Source of the DNA: Saccharolobus solfataricus P2 | Lineage (GTDB): Archaea; Thermoproteota; Thermoprotei_A; Sulfolobales; Sulfolobaceae | DNA: 64,000 bases | Reading direction: 5' to 3' (one strand) | Assembly (NCBI RefSeq): GCF_000007005.1 | Contig: NC_002754.1 | Part shown: positions 1-10,286 of the stretch, piece after piece | Layout of the letters: the number at the start of each line of letters is the position of its first letter | Numbering within the stretch: the first letter of the stretch is position 1 | The notes under the pieces: generated by a model | Told to the model about the DNA's origin: nothing | The model's database searches: none | The model's input: only the letters and a program-made list of their open reading frames with translations | Program-made: the position numbers and the translations under genes

Positions 1-1
1 T

Positions 2-1573
2 GTCATAGCATTTCTATATCTTCTCTCGGCAATCTCTACACCTTCTATAGAAGCTTTAGCAACAATCGAATACTTAACTAATGTAAACCCTACTTTGAGT
101 AAATTGCTTACTAACTCAACAGTTGTTAACGGCACACCAGTTACTATATTGACGCTTCCCGGATTACTGTTTTCCATTCTTTTACTATTTATCTATTTCT
201 TAGTAAATTATTACGGTATAAAGATCTTAGGGAAAACGAATTCAGCCATAACAGTTTGGAAATTGATCATACCAGTTGTTACATTTATGTTATTATTTTT
301 CGCATTTAAATCAAGTAATTTTACAAATTATGGAGGATTATTTCCGAAAAGTGTTGCATCAAATTATGGTGGTCCAGTTGGTATGCTGTATGCAATACCC
401 TCGGCTGGGATAATCTACTCGTATTTAGGATTTAGACAACCCATAGAGTATTCTGGAGAGGCCAAAAACCCTGAAAGGAACGTATGGAGAGCCATAATTC
501 TCTCAATAGTAATTGCCATACTAATTTACACTTTCCTACAAATAGCTTTTATAGGTGCAATAAATTGGGTATCTGCTGGAGTAACACCAGGCAATTGGTC
601 AGCATTGCTAAATAGTAAGTGGGCTAACAGTCCATTCTACAGTGAGCTGGAAGCTGAAGGTCTAGCAATAGCTGGAGCTTGGGGATATGTACTTTTAATA
701 GATGCGGTTCTATCTCCCAGTGGAACTGGACTAGTTTATACTGGGACATCAGCTAGGACGCTTTACGGGTTATCAGCAGAAGAATATTTCCCACTAATAT
801 TTAAAAAATTAAATAGCTATAGAATCCCTATATGGTCCTTAATCGTATCCTTAATAGCCAGTATCATATTCCTACTTCCGTTTCCAAGTTGGTATTTATT
901 AGTTGGATTCAACTCCTCAGCTACTGTACTTACGTATATTATGGGCGGTATAGGTTTACAAACCTTGAGAAAAACAGCCCCCGATTTAAAGAGAGGAATT
1001 AAGATACCGTTTGCTAGCATAATAGCGCCAGTTGCTACAATAGTTTCCTTGCTAATAGTGTATTGGTCAGGGTTTACAACATTGTTTTATATCATCTCTG
1101 CTTTATTTATTGGAATTCCAATCTTCTGGATAAATTATGCTGTGAAGATTCTAGGGCTAAAGAAATGGATTGGTATTAGCTTAGGAATATCACAACTAGT
1201 TGTAAATATCATATTAACTATAATCGGATATTATAGCCTAGTTTTGAATAACGATAATCCTATACTATACTTTGCACTATTTATATTAATGGCGTTAACA
1301 CCCCTAGTAGTTGCTTATCTAACTGTAAACACTAATGAGAAAGTACACCTGAAGAGTGGATTTTGGCTTATGGGCTTAATTATTACAATTTACATTATCA
1401 GTTATCCTAGTGAGTTTGGACCATCAAGCAACTCTGCTCCTATAAGATTCCCTTATGATATTGCAATAATTTCGATAATAGGTATAATATTCCATTATTT
1501 AGCCGTTTTAAGTGGTTTTAGAACAAGGGAAATAGAAGAAATTATTGAAGATCAGAAGGAGAGAAGAGATTAA
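2..1573 (+). CDS. APC-family amino acid permease (5'-truncated by window edge)
   Basis: Frame is open from position 2 (before the ORF-track start at 95). Polytopic hydrophobic protein with YSYLGFRQPIEYSGEAKNPERN, a typical APC TM6 motif. Confidence 0.85.
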   Translation, partial: VIAFLYLLSAISTPSIEALATIEYLTNVNPTLSKLLTNSTVVNGTPVTILTLPGLLFSILLLFIYFLVNYYGIKILGKTNSAITVWKLIIPVVTFMLLFFAFKSSNFTNYGGLFPKSVASNYGGPVGMLYAIPSAGIIYSYLGFRQPIEYSGEAKNPERNVWRAIILSIVIAILIYTFLQIAFIGAINWVSAGVTPGNWSALLNSKWANSPFYSELEAEGLAIAGAWGYVLLIDAVLSPSGTGLVYTGTSARTLYGLSAEEYFPLIFKKLNSYRIPIWSLIVSLIASIIFLLPFPSWYLLVGFNSSATVLTYIMGGIGLQTLRKTAPDLKRGIKIPFASIIAPVATIVSLLIVYWSGFTTLFYIISALFIGIPIFWINYAVKILGLKKWIGISLGISQLVVNIILTIIGYYSLVLNNDNPILYFALFILMALTPLVVAYLTVNTNEKVHLKSGFWLMGLIITIYIISYPSEFGPSSNSAPIRFPYDIAIISIIGIIFHYLAVLSGFRTREIEEIIEDQKERRD

Positions 1574-1883
1574 TTGAAAAAATGTTATTTCGAATCTTAA
1601 TGGAAACTTTTTAATCAAGAAATTATGCCTTATTTTAGGTCGAAAAATCATGCTAAAATAATGAAAAGTAGAAACTGTTTATTATAATAGTTGTGAGTTT
1701 CCAAACAATTTCTAAAAAGCAAATAACAACTAAAAACCATTTATTACATTTTGGTAGCATATCAATTAATAAATTCCCTTTTTATATCGTTTTGACTTTT
1801 TCACCTAAAGAAAATTGTGAGTTAAGAAAATTTTAAAGCTATGCTGGAATAAATTTTTATTCCGGGAAAACGAATTTATATTG

Positions 1884-3143
1884 ATGGAAGAAGTTCTTAG
1901 TTCGAGTCTGTATACTCAACAAGTCAAAAAGTTATATAAAGTCGGAGAATTATTGGGTCTTGATAACGAAACTTTAGAAACGCTTTCTCAGCCCGAAAGA
2001 ATAATTCAAGTTAAGATACAAATTAGAGGGTCTGATGGTAAATTAAAAACATTTATGGGTTGGAGAAGTCAGCACAACTCGGCTTTAGGCCCATACAAGG
2101 GCGGAATTAGGTATCATCCTAATGTTACACAAGATGAGGTAGAAGCGTTATCTATGATAATGACGTGGAAGAACTCATTACTATTATTACCATATGGAGG
2201 AGGAAAAGGTGGAATTAGAGTAGATCCTAAAAAGTTGACTAAAGAAGAATTAGAACAATTATCGAGAAAGTTTATCCAAGCTATTTATAAATATTTAGGT
2301 AGCGAATTAGATATCCCAGCCCCAGATGTGAACACAGATTCACAAACCATGGCATGGTACCTAGATGAGTACATAAAGATAACTGGAAATGTTGATTTCG
2401 CAGTATTTACTGGGAAGCCAGTGGAACTAGGTGGAATAGGTGTTAGATTATACAGTACTGGACTTGGAGTTGCTACCATAGCTAAGGAAGCTGCGAATAA
2501 GTTTATAGGAGGTATTGAGGAAGCTAGGGTAATAATTCAAGGCTTCGGAAATGTTGGGTATTATGCAGCTAAATTCCTAAGCGATATGGGAGCTAAAATA
2601 GTAGGAATTAGTGACTCTAAAGGTGGAGTAATTAATGAGAATGGAATAGATGTTGGAAAGGCTATGGAAATAAAGGAGAAAACTGGAAGTGTGACAAATT
2701 ATCCTGAGGGAAGAAAGGTCACAAATGAGGAACTACTAATATCGGACTGTAATATATTAGTACCTGCAGCGCTTGAAAACGTCATAAATAAGTTTAATGC
2801 TCCCAAGATTAAGGCTAAGCTTATTGTTGAGGGTGCAAATGGTCCATTGACTGCTGATGCAGATGAAATAATGAGACAAAGGGGCATAGTAGTTGTGCCA
2901 GATATACTTGCTAATGCTGGTGGAGTTGTTGGAAGTTATGTAGAGTGGGCTAATAATAAAATGGGTCAAATAATAAGCGATGAAGAGGCTAAGAAGCTTA
3001 TAGTCGACAGAATGAACAATGCTTTCAATACCCTATACGATTATCATCAAAAGAAATTAGAAGATCACGATCTGAGAACTGCTGCCATGGCATTAGCTGT
3101 GGATAGAGTAGTAAGAGCTATGAAAGCTAGAGGTCTATTATAA
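1884..3143 (+). CDS. gdhA: NAD(P)-dependent glutamate dehydrogenase
   Basis: [30 protein letters not shown] and EGANGP motifs. ATG at 1884. Confidence 0.97.
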   Translation: MEEVLSSSLYTQQVKKLYKVGELLGLDNETLETLSQPERIIQVKIQIRGSDGKLKTFMGWRSQHNSALGPYKGGIRYHPNVTQDEVEALSMIMTWKNSLLLLPYGGGKGGIRVDPKKLTKEELEQLSRKFIQAIYKYLGSELDIPAPDVNTDSQTMAWYLDEYIKITGNVDFAVFTGKPVELGGIGVRLYSTGLGVATIAKEAANKFIGGIEEARVIIQGFGNVGYYAAKFLSDMGAKIVGISDSKGGVINENGIDVGKAMEIKEKTGSVTNYPEGRKVTNEELLISDCNILVPAALENVINKFNAPKIKAKLIVEGANGPLTADADEIMRQRGIVVVPDILANAGGVVGSYVEWANNKMGQIISDEEAKKLIVDRMNNAFNTLYDYHQKKLEDHDLRTAAMALAVDRVVRAMKARGLL

Positions 3144-3428
3144 TATTTTTTCCTTGGGCTTAATCCTAGACCCCTTAAAGAGAAAGATAAGACAAGGTAG
3201 GATAATAATGAAATAAAGAATAGAGCTTGATTAGAGTTCAACTTTCATAATTTATTACTTAGCCCCTTAAATGTATAAGTTTTACTAATTTTTGATCACT
3301 TAATATCATTAGCATAAATCGATAAAATGTCATTAAAATAATGTTGGTAAAAGCGTTATTGTTAACGTTAGTTACATAAAGTATTACGATAACAATATTT
3401 AAATATAACATGGTATCCACTTTTACAC

Positions 3429-6056
3429 ATGAGATTGCTTAAAATACTACTTTTGGCAATGTTAATTCTTCCATTATTTTCCTTTTTTACTTTATCCATA
3501 TCTTTATATGACCAAATACAATTACCTCCTCACTACCTTTTCTATATTAGTGAAAATGCTACACAGGGAAGCGGTATTGACGTAATTTTTTACACATCGT
3601 CACCAATAACGTTCATGATTATGACTCCTTCACAATTTTATCAATTTAATCAAACGGGTTCATCTCAGTCAATATATTCAATTACTACTAATTCCCTTAG
3701 TAAATTCTTTCCTCTAAGTGGGCAATATTATATTGTTTTCTATAATAACATTAGTAATAATCCTGTTACGTTAAATTACTATATTCTAACAAGACCCTTG
3801 CCTACTGGTATAGCCGATTATGGTCTTAAGATTAACAACGGTGTTATTAGTCCTTATATAGAGAAAATTAAAAGTGTAATAGGTGCTGTTGAAATTAACA
3901 AATTACTAGCTTATAATTCGACACCACCAGCTGGTGTAAGTCAATACTCTGCATCTATTCAGTTAAATGTAGTTCTTCAAGTTAATACTATAGGTGGTTC
4001 TCAACAACTTTGGTTACAGAATGTTATACAAATTTATACCAATAACGATTCCTACATATTTTTAGATAATATATGGAATTTCACTGGTAAAATCTCAATT
4101 CTATCTAATAGTACTGTGAAGGGTAATGGAATAGTTTACGTTACTAATAATGGAAATGATTATTACGCATATGGTACCAATTTCTCAACACTCTTGATAC
4201 CCTCTTTAAAATACTTACTCATAAACACATCATACACTTCTCAAGGTCCCATGATATCTTTTGGTTATATGAACCAGAGTGGTTCACCCATATGGTACGA
4301 TAATGTCACCATATTAATACCTAATACTTTATCAGCATATATCCTAGTAGATGGTTATAACTTCACTGCAGGAGGGCTTGCTTACGATGCAGAGCTAATA
4401 TTAGGTGGTGGAGGTAATGGCGAGTTTACGTTCTTTAATGAATCAAATGTAGAATTAGCTATGATCTATCAATATTTAAACGGAACTTTAGCACCCCCTA
4501 AATTCCTCTTCCCCTTTGGTCTTGATACTGAGGAATCTGCAGATAACTTATATTCTATTTCATATAATGGCGTTTATTTAGTGAGTAGTGGTTATCAAGT
4601 TATAAACAACTTAAACGAAAACGTATCACAGTTGAGATTTAACGTTGTTAATTACACTAAAGCTACAGACCAGAATTTCCCATACATATTTACTATAAAC
4701 GTCTCTGGCGGAGTTTTACCGTATAAGTTAAACGTTACAATTAGCAATAGCAGTGGAAACGAGTTATCTGGATATACTTACGTTCTATTCCCCTCTGTAT
4801 CAACGTATTATTTATTCTTAAGTCCGCTTTCTCCAGGTAATTATACTGTTAAAATAAAACTTACTGATTTTAATGGAAATTCAAAATCTTACGAATTCTC
4901 ACTTACAATAAACCCACCCTTAAAAGTACAAATACTCAACGTAACCAATTATATAGATCTTGCATTGCCATACTTTAACTTTACCTCAATAATAAGCGGA
5001 GGTACTAAGCCATATAACATCATTATTACAATATCTAATGATAGCGGGATATTATCAGAAACATATAAAATTATAAATTACACTTCAATTACATATTACG
5101 CAGTAAACATGAAGGGCTATAGTATAGGAAAATACACCATTCAAATAGAAGTTGAGGATTACGCAGGTAGTATAAATATTTCAAAATATAATTTCACTAT
5201 CAATCCCAATCCCTATATTTCTACATTAAGTTATACCTCTGAGACAGATAAGGGATTAAGGGAAGTAATAAAGGCTATAGGTAAAGGAGGATCTGGAAGC
5301 CTTATATATTACTGGTACGTTAATAACTCTTTAGTAAGTAGTGGAATTGGGGATGAACTGTATAATTTCACGCCTTCTAATATTGGCGAATATAACATTA
5401 CTGTTATGGTAAAAGACGTTCTAGGGGTATCGTCAGCGAAGAGCGTTATTATAAAGGTTAACCCTGATCCCGTAGTTGAGTTATCAGTACCTAAAACTAC
5501 TATAGATTCTGGAGCTGAGTTTCCAGTTAACGCTACAGTATCTCTAGGAACACCACCCTACTATATTTCTTGGTATATTAACGGAAGTTATGTGGGTAAT
5601 GAATCCATTAAGGAACTAAATTTAAGCAGTATAGGAGTTTATATAATAACGGTAACGGTAAGAGATTCTGCAGGTTATATAATAAATATGAGTAAACCAG
5701 TGTTAATAGTCCCACCTCCTTCGTTAAGTGTTAAAGAACAAACTCAAGGAAACTTCATTCAGTATAATACATCAATTGCATTATCGGCTTCAGTTAATGG
5801 CGGAACTGATCCGTATTATCTTATCTTCTTAAACGGTAAACTTGTAGGTAACTACTCATCAACAACCCAGTTACAGTTTAAGTTGCAAAACGGTGAAAAT
5901 AATATTACGCTAATAGCTAAAGATTTATGGGGTAAGACTGCTGTGAAAACGTTAATAGTTAACTCTGGATATAATTACGTAGGCATAGGAATTATTGCGG
6001 GTATAATCTTAATAATAGTTATAGTTGTTATACTAGTAATCAGTAAAAGAAAATAA
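3429..6056 (+). CDS. Multi-domain thermopsin-like protease with signal peptide, PKD/Ig-like repeats and C-terminal TM anchor
   Basis: N-terminal hydrophobic signal, thermopsin PTGIADYG motif, repeated 'GGxxPY..W..NG' PKD-like units, many NxS/T sites, C-terminal TM plus KRK. Confidence 0.88.
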   Translation: MRLLKILLLAMLILPLFSFFTLSISLYDQIQLPPHYLFYISENATQGSGIDVIFYTSSPITFMIMTPSQFYQFNQTGSSQSIYSITTNSLSKFFPLSGQYYIVFYNNISNNPVTLNYYILTRPLPTGIADYGLKINNGVISPYIEKIKSVIGAVEINKLLAYNSTPPAGVSQYSASIQLNVVLQVNTIGGSQQLWLQNVIQIYTNNDSYIFLDNIWNFTGKISILSNSTVKGNGIVYVTNNGNDYYAYGTNFSTLLIPSLKYLLINTSYTSQGPMISFGYMNQSGSPIWYDNVTILIPNTLSAYILVDGYNFTAGGLAYDAELILGGGGNGEFTFFNESNVELAMIYQYLNGTLAPPKFLFPFGLDTEESADNLYSISYNGVYLVSSGYQVINNLNENVSQLRFNVVNYTKATDQNFPYIFTINVSGGVLPYKLNVTISNSSGNELSGYTYVLFPSVSTYYLFLSPLSPGNYTVKIKLTDFNGNSKSYEFSLTINPPLKVQILNVTNYIDLALPYFNFTSIISGGTKPYNIIITISNDSGILSETYKIINYTSITYYAVNMKGYSIGKYTIQIEVEDYAGSINISKYNFTINPNPYISTLSYTSETDKGLREVIKAIGKGGSGSLIYYWYVNNSLVSSGIGDELYNFTPSNIGEYNITVMVKDVLGVSSAKSVIIKVNPDPVVELSVPKTTIDSGAEFPVNATVSLGTPPYYISWYINGSYVGNESIKELNLSSIGVYIITVTVRDSAGYIINMSKPVLIVPPPSLSVKEQTQGNFIQYNTSIALSASVNGGTDPYYLIFLNGKLVGNYSSTTQLQFKLQNGENNITLIAKDLWGKTAVKTLIVNSGYNYVGIGIIAGIILIIVIVVILVISKRK

Positions 6057-6279
6057 TTTTTAATTCTTTCTGCTATTCTCTACAGCTTAGACAGCAGTTT
6101 CGTTAATTTAGTATCATATAGATTAGAAACTCATTTTCAATTCAACATAAAATTCTATAGTAAAAATTGAATATTATAGTTTTTCCTTCTAATTTCTACT
6201 AAATATTTACATGTCAATGAAAGCCGATTTAAGGGAATTTAAACTACGCTTCATGAGTGAAATTGTTGCCTACACTGAA

Positions 6280-6379
6280 GGGAGCATTAAACTTATTTAT
6301 GACGTTTTCAAGCGCTACAAGTACTAATATATTACAGTCCGATATTAGTAATTCCTTATTTGCGACCTTTCTTCCTTCA
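6280..6379 (-). repeat. 100-bp inverted copy of an internal gdhA segment (2705-2804)
   Basis: Manual alignment of the reverse complement gives 94/100 identity, all six differences transitions. Confidence 0.95.
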
Positions 6380-6418
6380 AGCTATCTATTATAACACTTT
6401 TCCCTTCTTTTGTTTCAA

Positions 6419-6721
6419 TCAATCGTAACCTATTATTAAAATTTTATCCATAAGCTTATAAGAATAAAGGATTGTAAAATTAAAACTATTTCTTGACATA
6501 GATATAAGCTCATCTTTTACTTTTTCATTTTTTACGTTGTCTGGCACTATCACTACATAATACTTAGCAGTAGGTACAAAAGTCTTGAAAAATTTCTGAG
6601 CATCAACTATCAAACTGGGACTAACGAACCTAACAAACTTCACACTTCCACTTTTACTTATCATTTTAATTAGGCTATCCTCAACATGTTCTGATAACTC
6701 CTCAATTGGTATAACTACCAT
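6419..6721 (-). CDS. Small Sulfolobales hypothetical protein (DUF4898-like), paralog of 9367..9717
   Basis: Shares KFF.TF.P...KY.VVI and terminal K..IIG with the 9367 ORF. The DUF name is recalled. Confidence 0.65.
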   Translation of the reverse strand: MVVIPIEELSEHVEDSLIKMISKSGSVKFVRFVSPSLIVDAQKFFKTFVPTAKYYVVIVPDNVKNEKVKDELISMSRNSFNFTILYSYKLMDKILIIGYD

Positions 6722-6839
6722 TATATTTATGTATATTTTCCATGGTTAATAAGTATACATGTATAATATTCCATAAGAAGTATATAGGATTTATACAATT
6801 TATACTGCAATACTTAAATAGAAAAGATAAGTAGAAAGC

Positions 6840-8258
6840 TCACGCATGTTGCCCCGTCTTAATTACGTAATTCCTAGTGAATAAAGCAACGATAAGGTTT
6901 AGGACCATTATACCGACTGCAGCAGTATACATGTAATGAAAGGCTGAATAAGATGGTACTTGAGCTAACGGTACAATTTGATCGTTAAAATCGTATATTA
7001 TCCATGTAGTGTAGGTGTCCATAAACACTGTTGAGATTACTGGGCCAATTGAACTTCCGATAGTTCTTATTAAAGTGTTCATTCCTATTCCTATTCCTCT
7101 TTGTTCCTCTGGTAAAGATACTGCGACCATATTAACTAATGGAATCATAATATTAACTAACCCTACAGCAGTTATCATGACATCAAGTACAACTTCATAT
7201 ACGCTATACCTAAAAGTATCTAGAAGCAAATAACCAAAAATGCTAATTACAGAACCTATGATAAGTAATGGCTTAGGTCCAGTAGCGTTAATCAATCTAC
7301 CTACTATCGGTCCGACAATCATCATTACTAAAGCTACAGGTGCCATTAACAGCCCAGATTCTATTATGGATAAGCCTAGTCCATAGGGTTGAGGTAGTTG
7401 AAGATAATAGACTAATCCTGTAAACATTAAAAACATTCCAGCTCCAGATATTAGCCCAGCTATATTTGCTACCATTATATTTCTTACTCCAAATAACTCA
7501 AGTCTCATCAAGGGTTCATTGGCTCTTCTCTCTACCAATAAAAATATGGGAAATGCTATTACTGAAATCGCAATCAATAACAATTGACTAAGTGAAGTCC
7601 AACCAACATTAGGACCATTAGATAAATATACTAATAACGGAACTACTGTTAGCATAAGAAATGTTGCCCCTAAATAATCTATCTTCTCCCTAGTCTTCTC
7701 GGGGATCTCAACTATGTACTTTGCGGAAATTATTACTAGAATTATTGATAGTAAAAATGCGGTATGAAACGCATAAGGCCATCCAAGATCTTGAACTATA
7801 TAGGAACCTACTAATAATCCTAAGGCTGGACCGGCTGCGAGTGTCGCACTTAAAATACCTTGAGCCCATGCAACTCGCTCTTTGGGAAATAGGTCAGTTA
7901 TAATGGCTATTGCAAGAGGAAACGTTGCATAGCCTAATCCTTGAATCGCCCTAGCGAAAATTAAAAAGTAGATGTTAGTTGAGAACCCAGCTAATAATAC
8001 AGCTAACGAGTAAAACCCAATAGATAAGAGGTAAACTTTCTTCTTCCCATATCTATCACCAAGTTTTCCAAAAAGTGGTGATGCAATTGCACCAACTATG
8101 AGATAGGCTGATGTTATCCATGCAACCGTTGTGGCTGTAGTAGAGAATTGTGTTTCGATTTTCGGCAGTGCAGGTATAACCATTGTCTCAACGTAATTTA
8201 CTAAAGTTAACATTAGAGTGAGGGTAATTAAAGTACGCATTGCTTCTTTAGAGTCCAT
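6840..8258 (-). CDS. MFS drug:H+ antiporter-like (DHA2, 14-TM) transporter
   Basis: GKLGDRYGKKKV motif A, ARAIQGLG motif B, long hydrophobic protein. Confidence 0.9.
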   Translation of the reverse strand: MDSKEAMRTLITLTLMLTLVNYVETMVIPALPKIETQFSTTATTVAWITSAYLIVGAIASPLFGKLGDRYGKKKVYLLSIGFYSLAVLLAGFSTNIYFLIFARAIQGLGYATFPLAIAIITDLFPKERVAWAQGILSATLAAGPALGLLVGSYIVQDLGWPYAFHTAFLLSIILVIISAKYIVEIPEKTREKIDYLGATFLMLTVVPLLVYLSNGPNVGWTSLSQLLLIAISVIAFPIFLLVERRANEPLMRLELFGVRNIMVANIAGLISGAGMFLMFTGLVYYLQLPQPYGLGLSIIESGLLMAPVALVMMIVGPIVGRLINATGPKPLLIIGSVISIFGYLLLDTFRYSVYEVVLDVMITAVGLVNIMIPLVNMVAVSLPEEQRGIGIGMNTLIRTIGSSIGPVISTVFMDTYTTWIIYDFNDQIVPLAQVPSYSAFHYMYTAAVGIMVLNLIVALFTRNYVIKTGQHA

Positions 8259-8482
8259 AAAGAAAAGAGCGATATAAAGACAAATAAATTTTTCGATATA
8301 TCTTTTTCAATGAACATAAAAGAATGATATAGTGTTAACTCTTTACCATAAATAGTAATGCTTTTAGTTACAACTTAGTTATGATAAGCAACTATACTTC
8401 ATCACACTTTAAAGGGCAATGCATTTTCATTCAATATTGACGTCTAAGGTTGACCAAACCTTTTTACTGATATTTCTTATAT

Positions 8483-8584
8483 AGGTGGAGGGGTATGAGT
8501 GGGGCAATGCCCCGTGACTTTGGTGAGGCCCAAGGGCTGAGAATTAGATACAAATTCATGAAAATTCAATAAAGCCCAAACCCC
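8483..8584 (+). mobile_element. Right-end relic of an IS200/IS605 (ISC1316-like) tnpB element
   Basis: Encodes RWRGMSGAMPRDFGEAQGLRIRYKFMKIQ*, typical of Sulfolobus TnpB C-termini. Homologous to 53643-53720 (reverse strand), with identity ending at AAGCCCAAACCCC. Confidence 0.8.
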
Positions 8585-8595
8585 ACTCTCTATCA

Positions 8596-8831
8596 TCATT
8601 TTGAGTGCCTTCCTAATGCGTCCCTTTCAGCCTCCTTTTCAGTAATTTCTTTCAGCTCCTTAACACTAAGCTCAGTTCTAATTATGCCGTAAGTTTCAGC
8701 CAAGGGGTCCTTAGGAATAGGTATACCGACGAAGAAAGTCCCTGCCTCAATTATTATTACCGAGTCAGCATTAGCTAGATTTTTAGGAAGCTTTATCTAC
8801 CTCTATCATCCACTTTTACAACATATGCCAT
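8596..8831 (-). pseudogene. Frameshifted AbrB/SpoVT-type antitoxin (vapB-like)
   Basis: MAYVVKVDDRGR-TAA; a frameshift near 8795 (one base missing) continues IKLPKNLANADSVIIIEAGTFFVGIPIPKDPLAETYG...HSK*. KVDxRGRIxLP is the AbrB signature. Confidence 0.75.
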
Positions 8832-9366
8832 GATTTATATTATAAATCCCCGAGATTATTAACTTTTCCCCACTTATGCAGATTTGTCCCACATAGCCTC
8901 AAGCTTGTTATGCTTTATTACGATCTTGTTTTTTATCTTGCTACCCCAAGAGTGTTTGGAGTAGTTAAGGTCTAATAATTTGATTGAGTCTTTGCTTGAG
9001 TAGTAGGTGTTTTGGTACGTTTCATTCTCCTTGGAGGATTTTGTAGATCACCTTGACCATTGCTTTTGAGTATAGATTATCAAATTATTGTTCATAATAA
9101 TATTATTACTATGCTTCTTATTTTTCTCGATACACTGTTATTTAATCAAGTATTCCCTTATAGACTTACACTAATCTAGAGATAATATTATAATTACTAA
9201 CGGATCCTAATCGCTTCTCTCCCTAACATACTTAAGGTTTTTGCATAAATTTAGAGAGATCCTTGCCCTTTAAACTACAAGTATATTTACACACATAAAC
9301 CTTGTCCTTGAAATCTGATGAAGTGTAAAGAAGTTAAATTAATATATAACTTAGGATACTTTATAT

Positions 9367-9717
9367 ATGATGGAACACTTAAGTGTTAAAGAACTTGAAA
9401 ATTATCTTGATGATGATTTATTAAAGCTTTTAAAGAAAGAAGATATAAGACACATATTCCTTATAAATACAAAAATCATCTCAAACTTTGAAAAATTCTT
9501 TAGCACGTTCCTTCCATACAGTGTCAAATATTTCGTAGTAATATCTTCTGATTTACCAGTTAAGATAATTAAGGAAAGTTTAATTAGAGCTAAAGATACA
9601 CTAGAAGTATCGTGCTATATCACATCTAAACTACCACAGAAATCAATGATAATAATTGGACTACAATCCGTAAGTGAGAGAGAAGAATCAAAGGAGCTTT
9701 CAGCATTCCGAACTTAA
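9367..9717 (+). CDS. Small Sulfolobales hypothetical protein (DUF4898-like)
   Basis: Paralogous to 6419..6721. Confidence 0.65.
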   Translation: MMEHLSVKELENYLDDDLLKLLKKEDIRHIFLINTKIISNFEKFFSTFLPYSVKYFVVISSDLPVKIIKESLIRAKDTLEVSCYITSKLPQKSMIIIGLQSVSEREESKELSAFRT

Positions 9718-9726
9718 TCTTTCCTC

Positions 9727-10221
9727 TTATTTTCTCTTCTTCTTGGTCTGTAAAATTGTATATAAGACTATTGAAAATGTTGCAACTAGTACCATTACAA
9801 TAACCCCATTACTGTAAAAAGTGTTTAAGGCTAAAGGAGATGAAGAGGTAGAAATGAATGAAACATTCGTAAGATTTCCACCAAAATTATTACTGTCGTT
9901 TACTTGCACAGAGCTTATTGTAATGTTTGCATAATAACTCCCATTATAAACTATTGAGAATGTTTTGTTAATCAGATAATAAGGTACAATTATTTCCGAG
10001 AAATTGGTGCTATTCTTTATTGCTAATAACTTATCAATAGTTTGAGGTTCTACTGTAAAGTTCTTTACACTTACTACAAATTTTATACCAATAGTGGAGT
10101 TCTCAACGCTTTGAACTAATGGAAAATTCTCATTTACGTTAACATGTATTATATAATTGCCTAGCATAAACGTTTTCGAAATTACGGTTATTATCAGTAA
10201 TAGAAGAAATGAGAATTTCAT
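9727..10221 (-). CDS. Putative secreted/membrane-anchored glycoprotein
   Basis: Hydrophobic N-terminus from ATG 10221, NxS/T-rich body, C-terminal TM followed by KKKRK. Confidence 0.6.
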   Translation of the reverse strand: MKFSFLLLLIITVISKTFMLGNYIIHVNVNENFPLVQSVENSTIGIKFVVSVKNFTVEPQTIDKLLAIKNSTNFSEIIVPYYLINKTFSIVYNGSYYANITISSVQVNDSNNFGGNLTNVSFISTSSSPLALNTFYSNGVIVMVLVATFSIVLYTILQTKKKRK

Positions 10222-10286
10222 TACTATCTCTACACTTTTCACTCTTCAATAAAAGGTTTTTTAGTAATCCCAACATTAATGAAAAT

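Noticed and set aside
3311-3330. TAGCATAAATCGATAAAAT, a partial match to the ISC1217/SM2 end
   Set aside because: No partner TIR or TSD at the expected distance, which would fall inside the thermopsin gene.
8860-9115. Coding-like minus-strand stretch with many stops
   Set aside because: It may be a decayed gene or transposase, but no recognisable motif supports a call.
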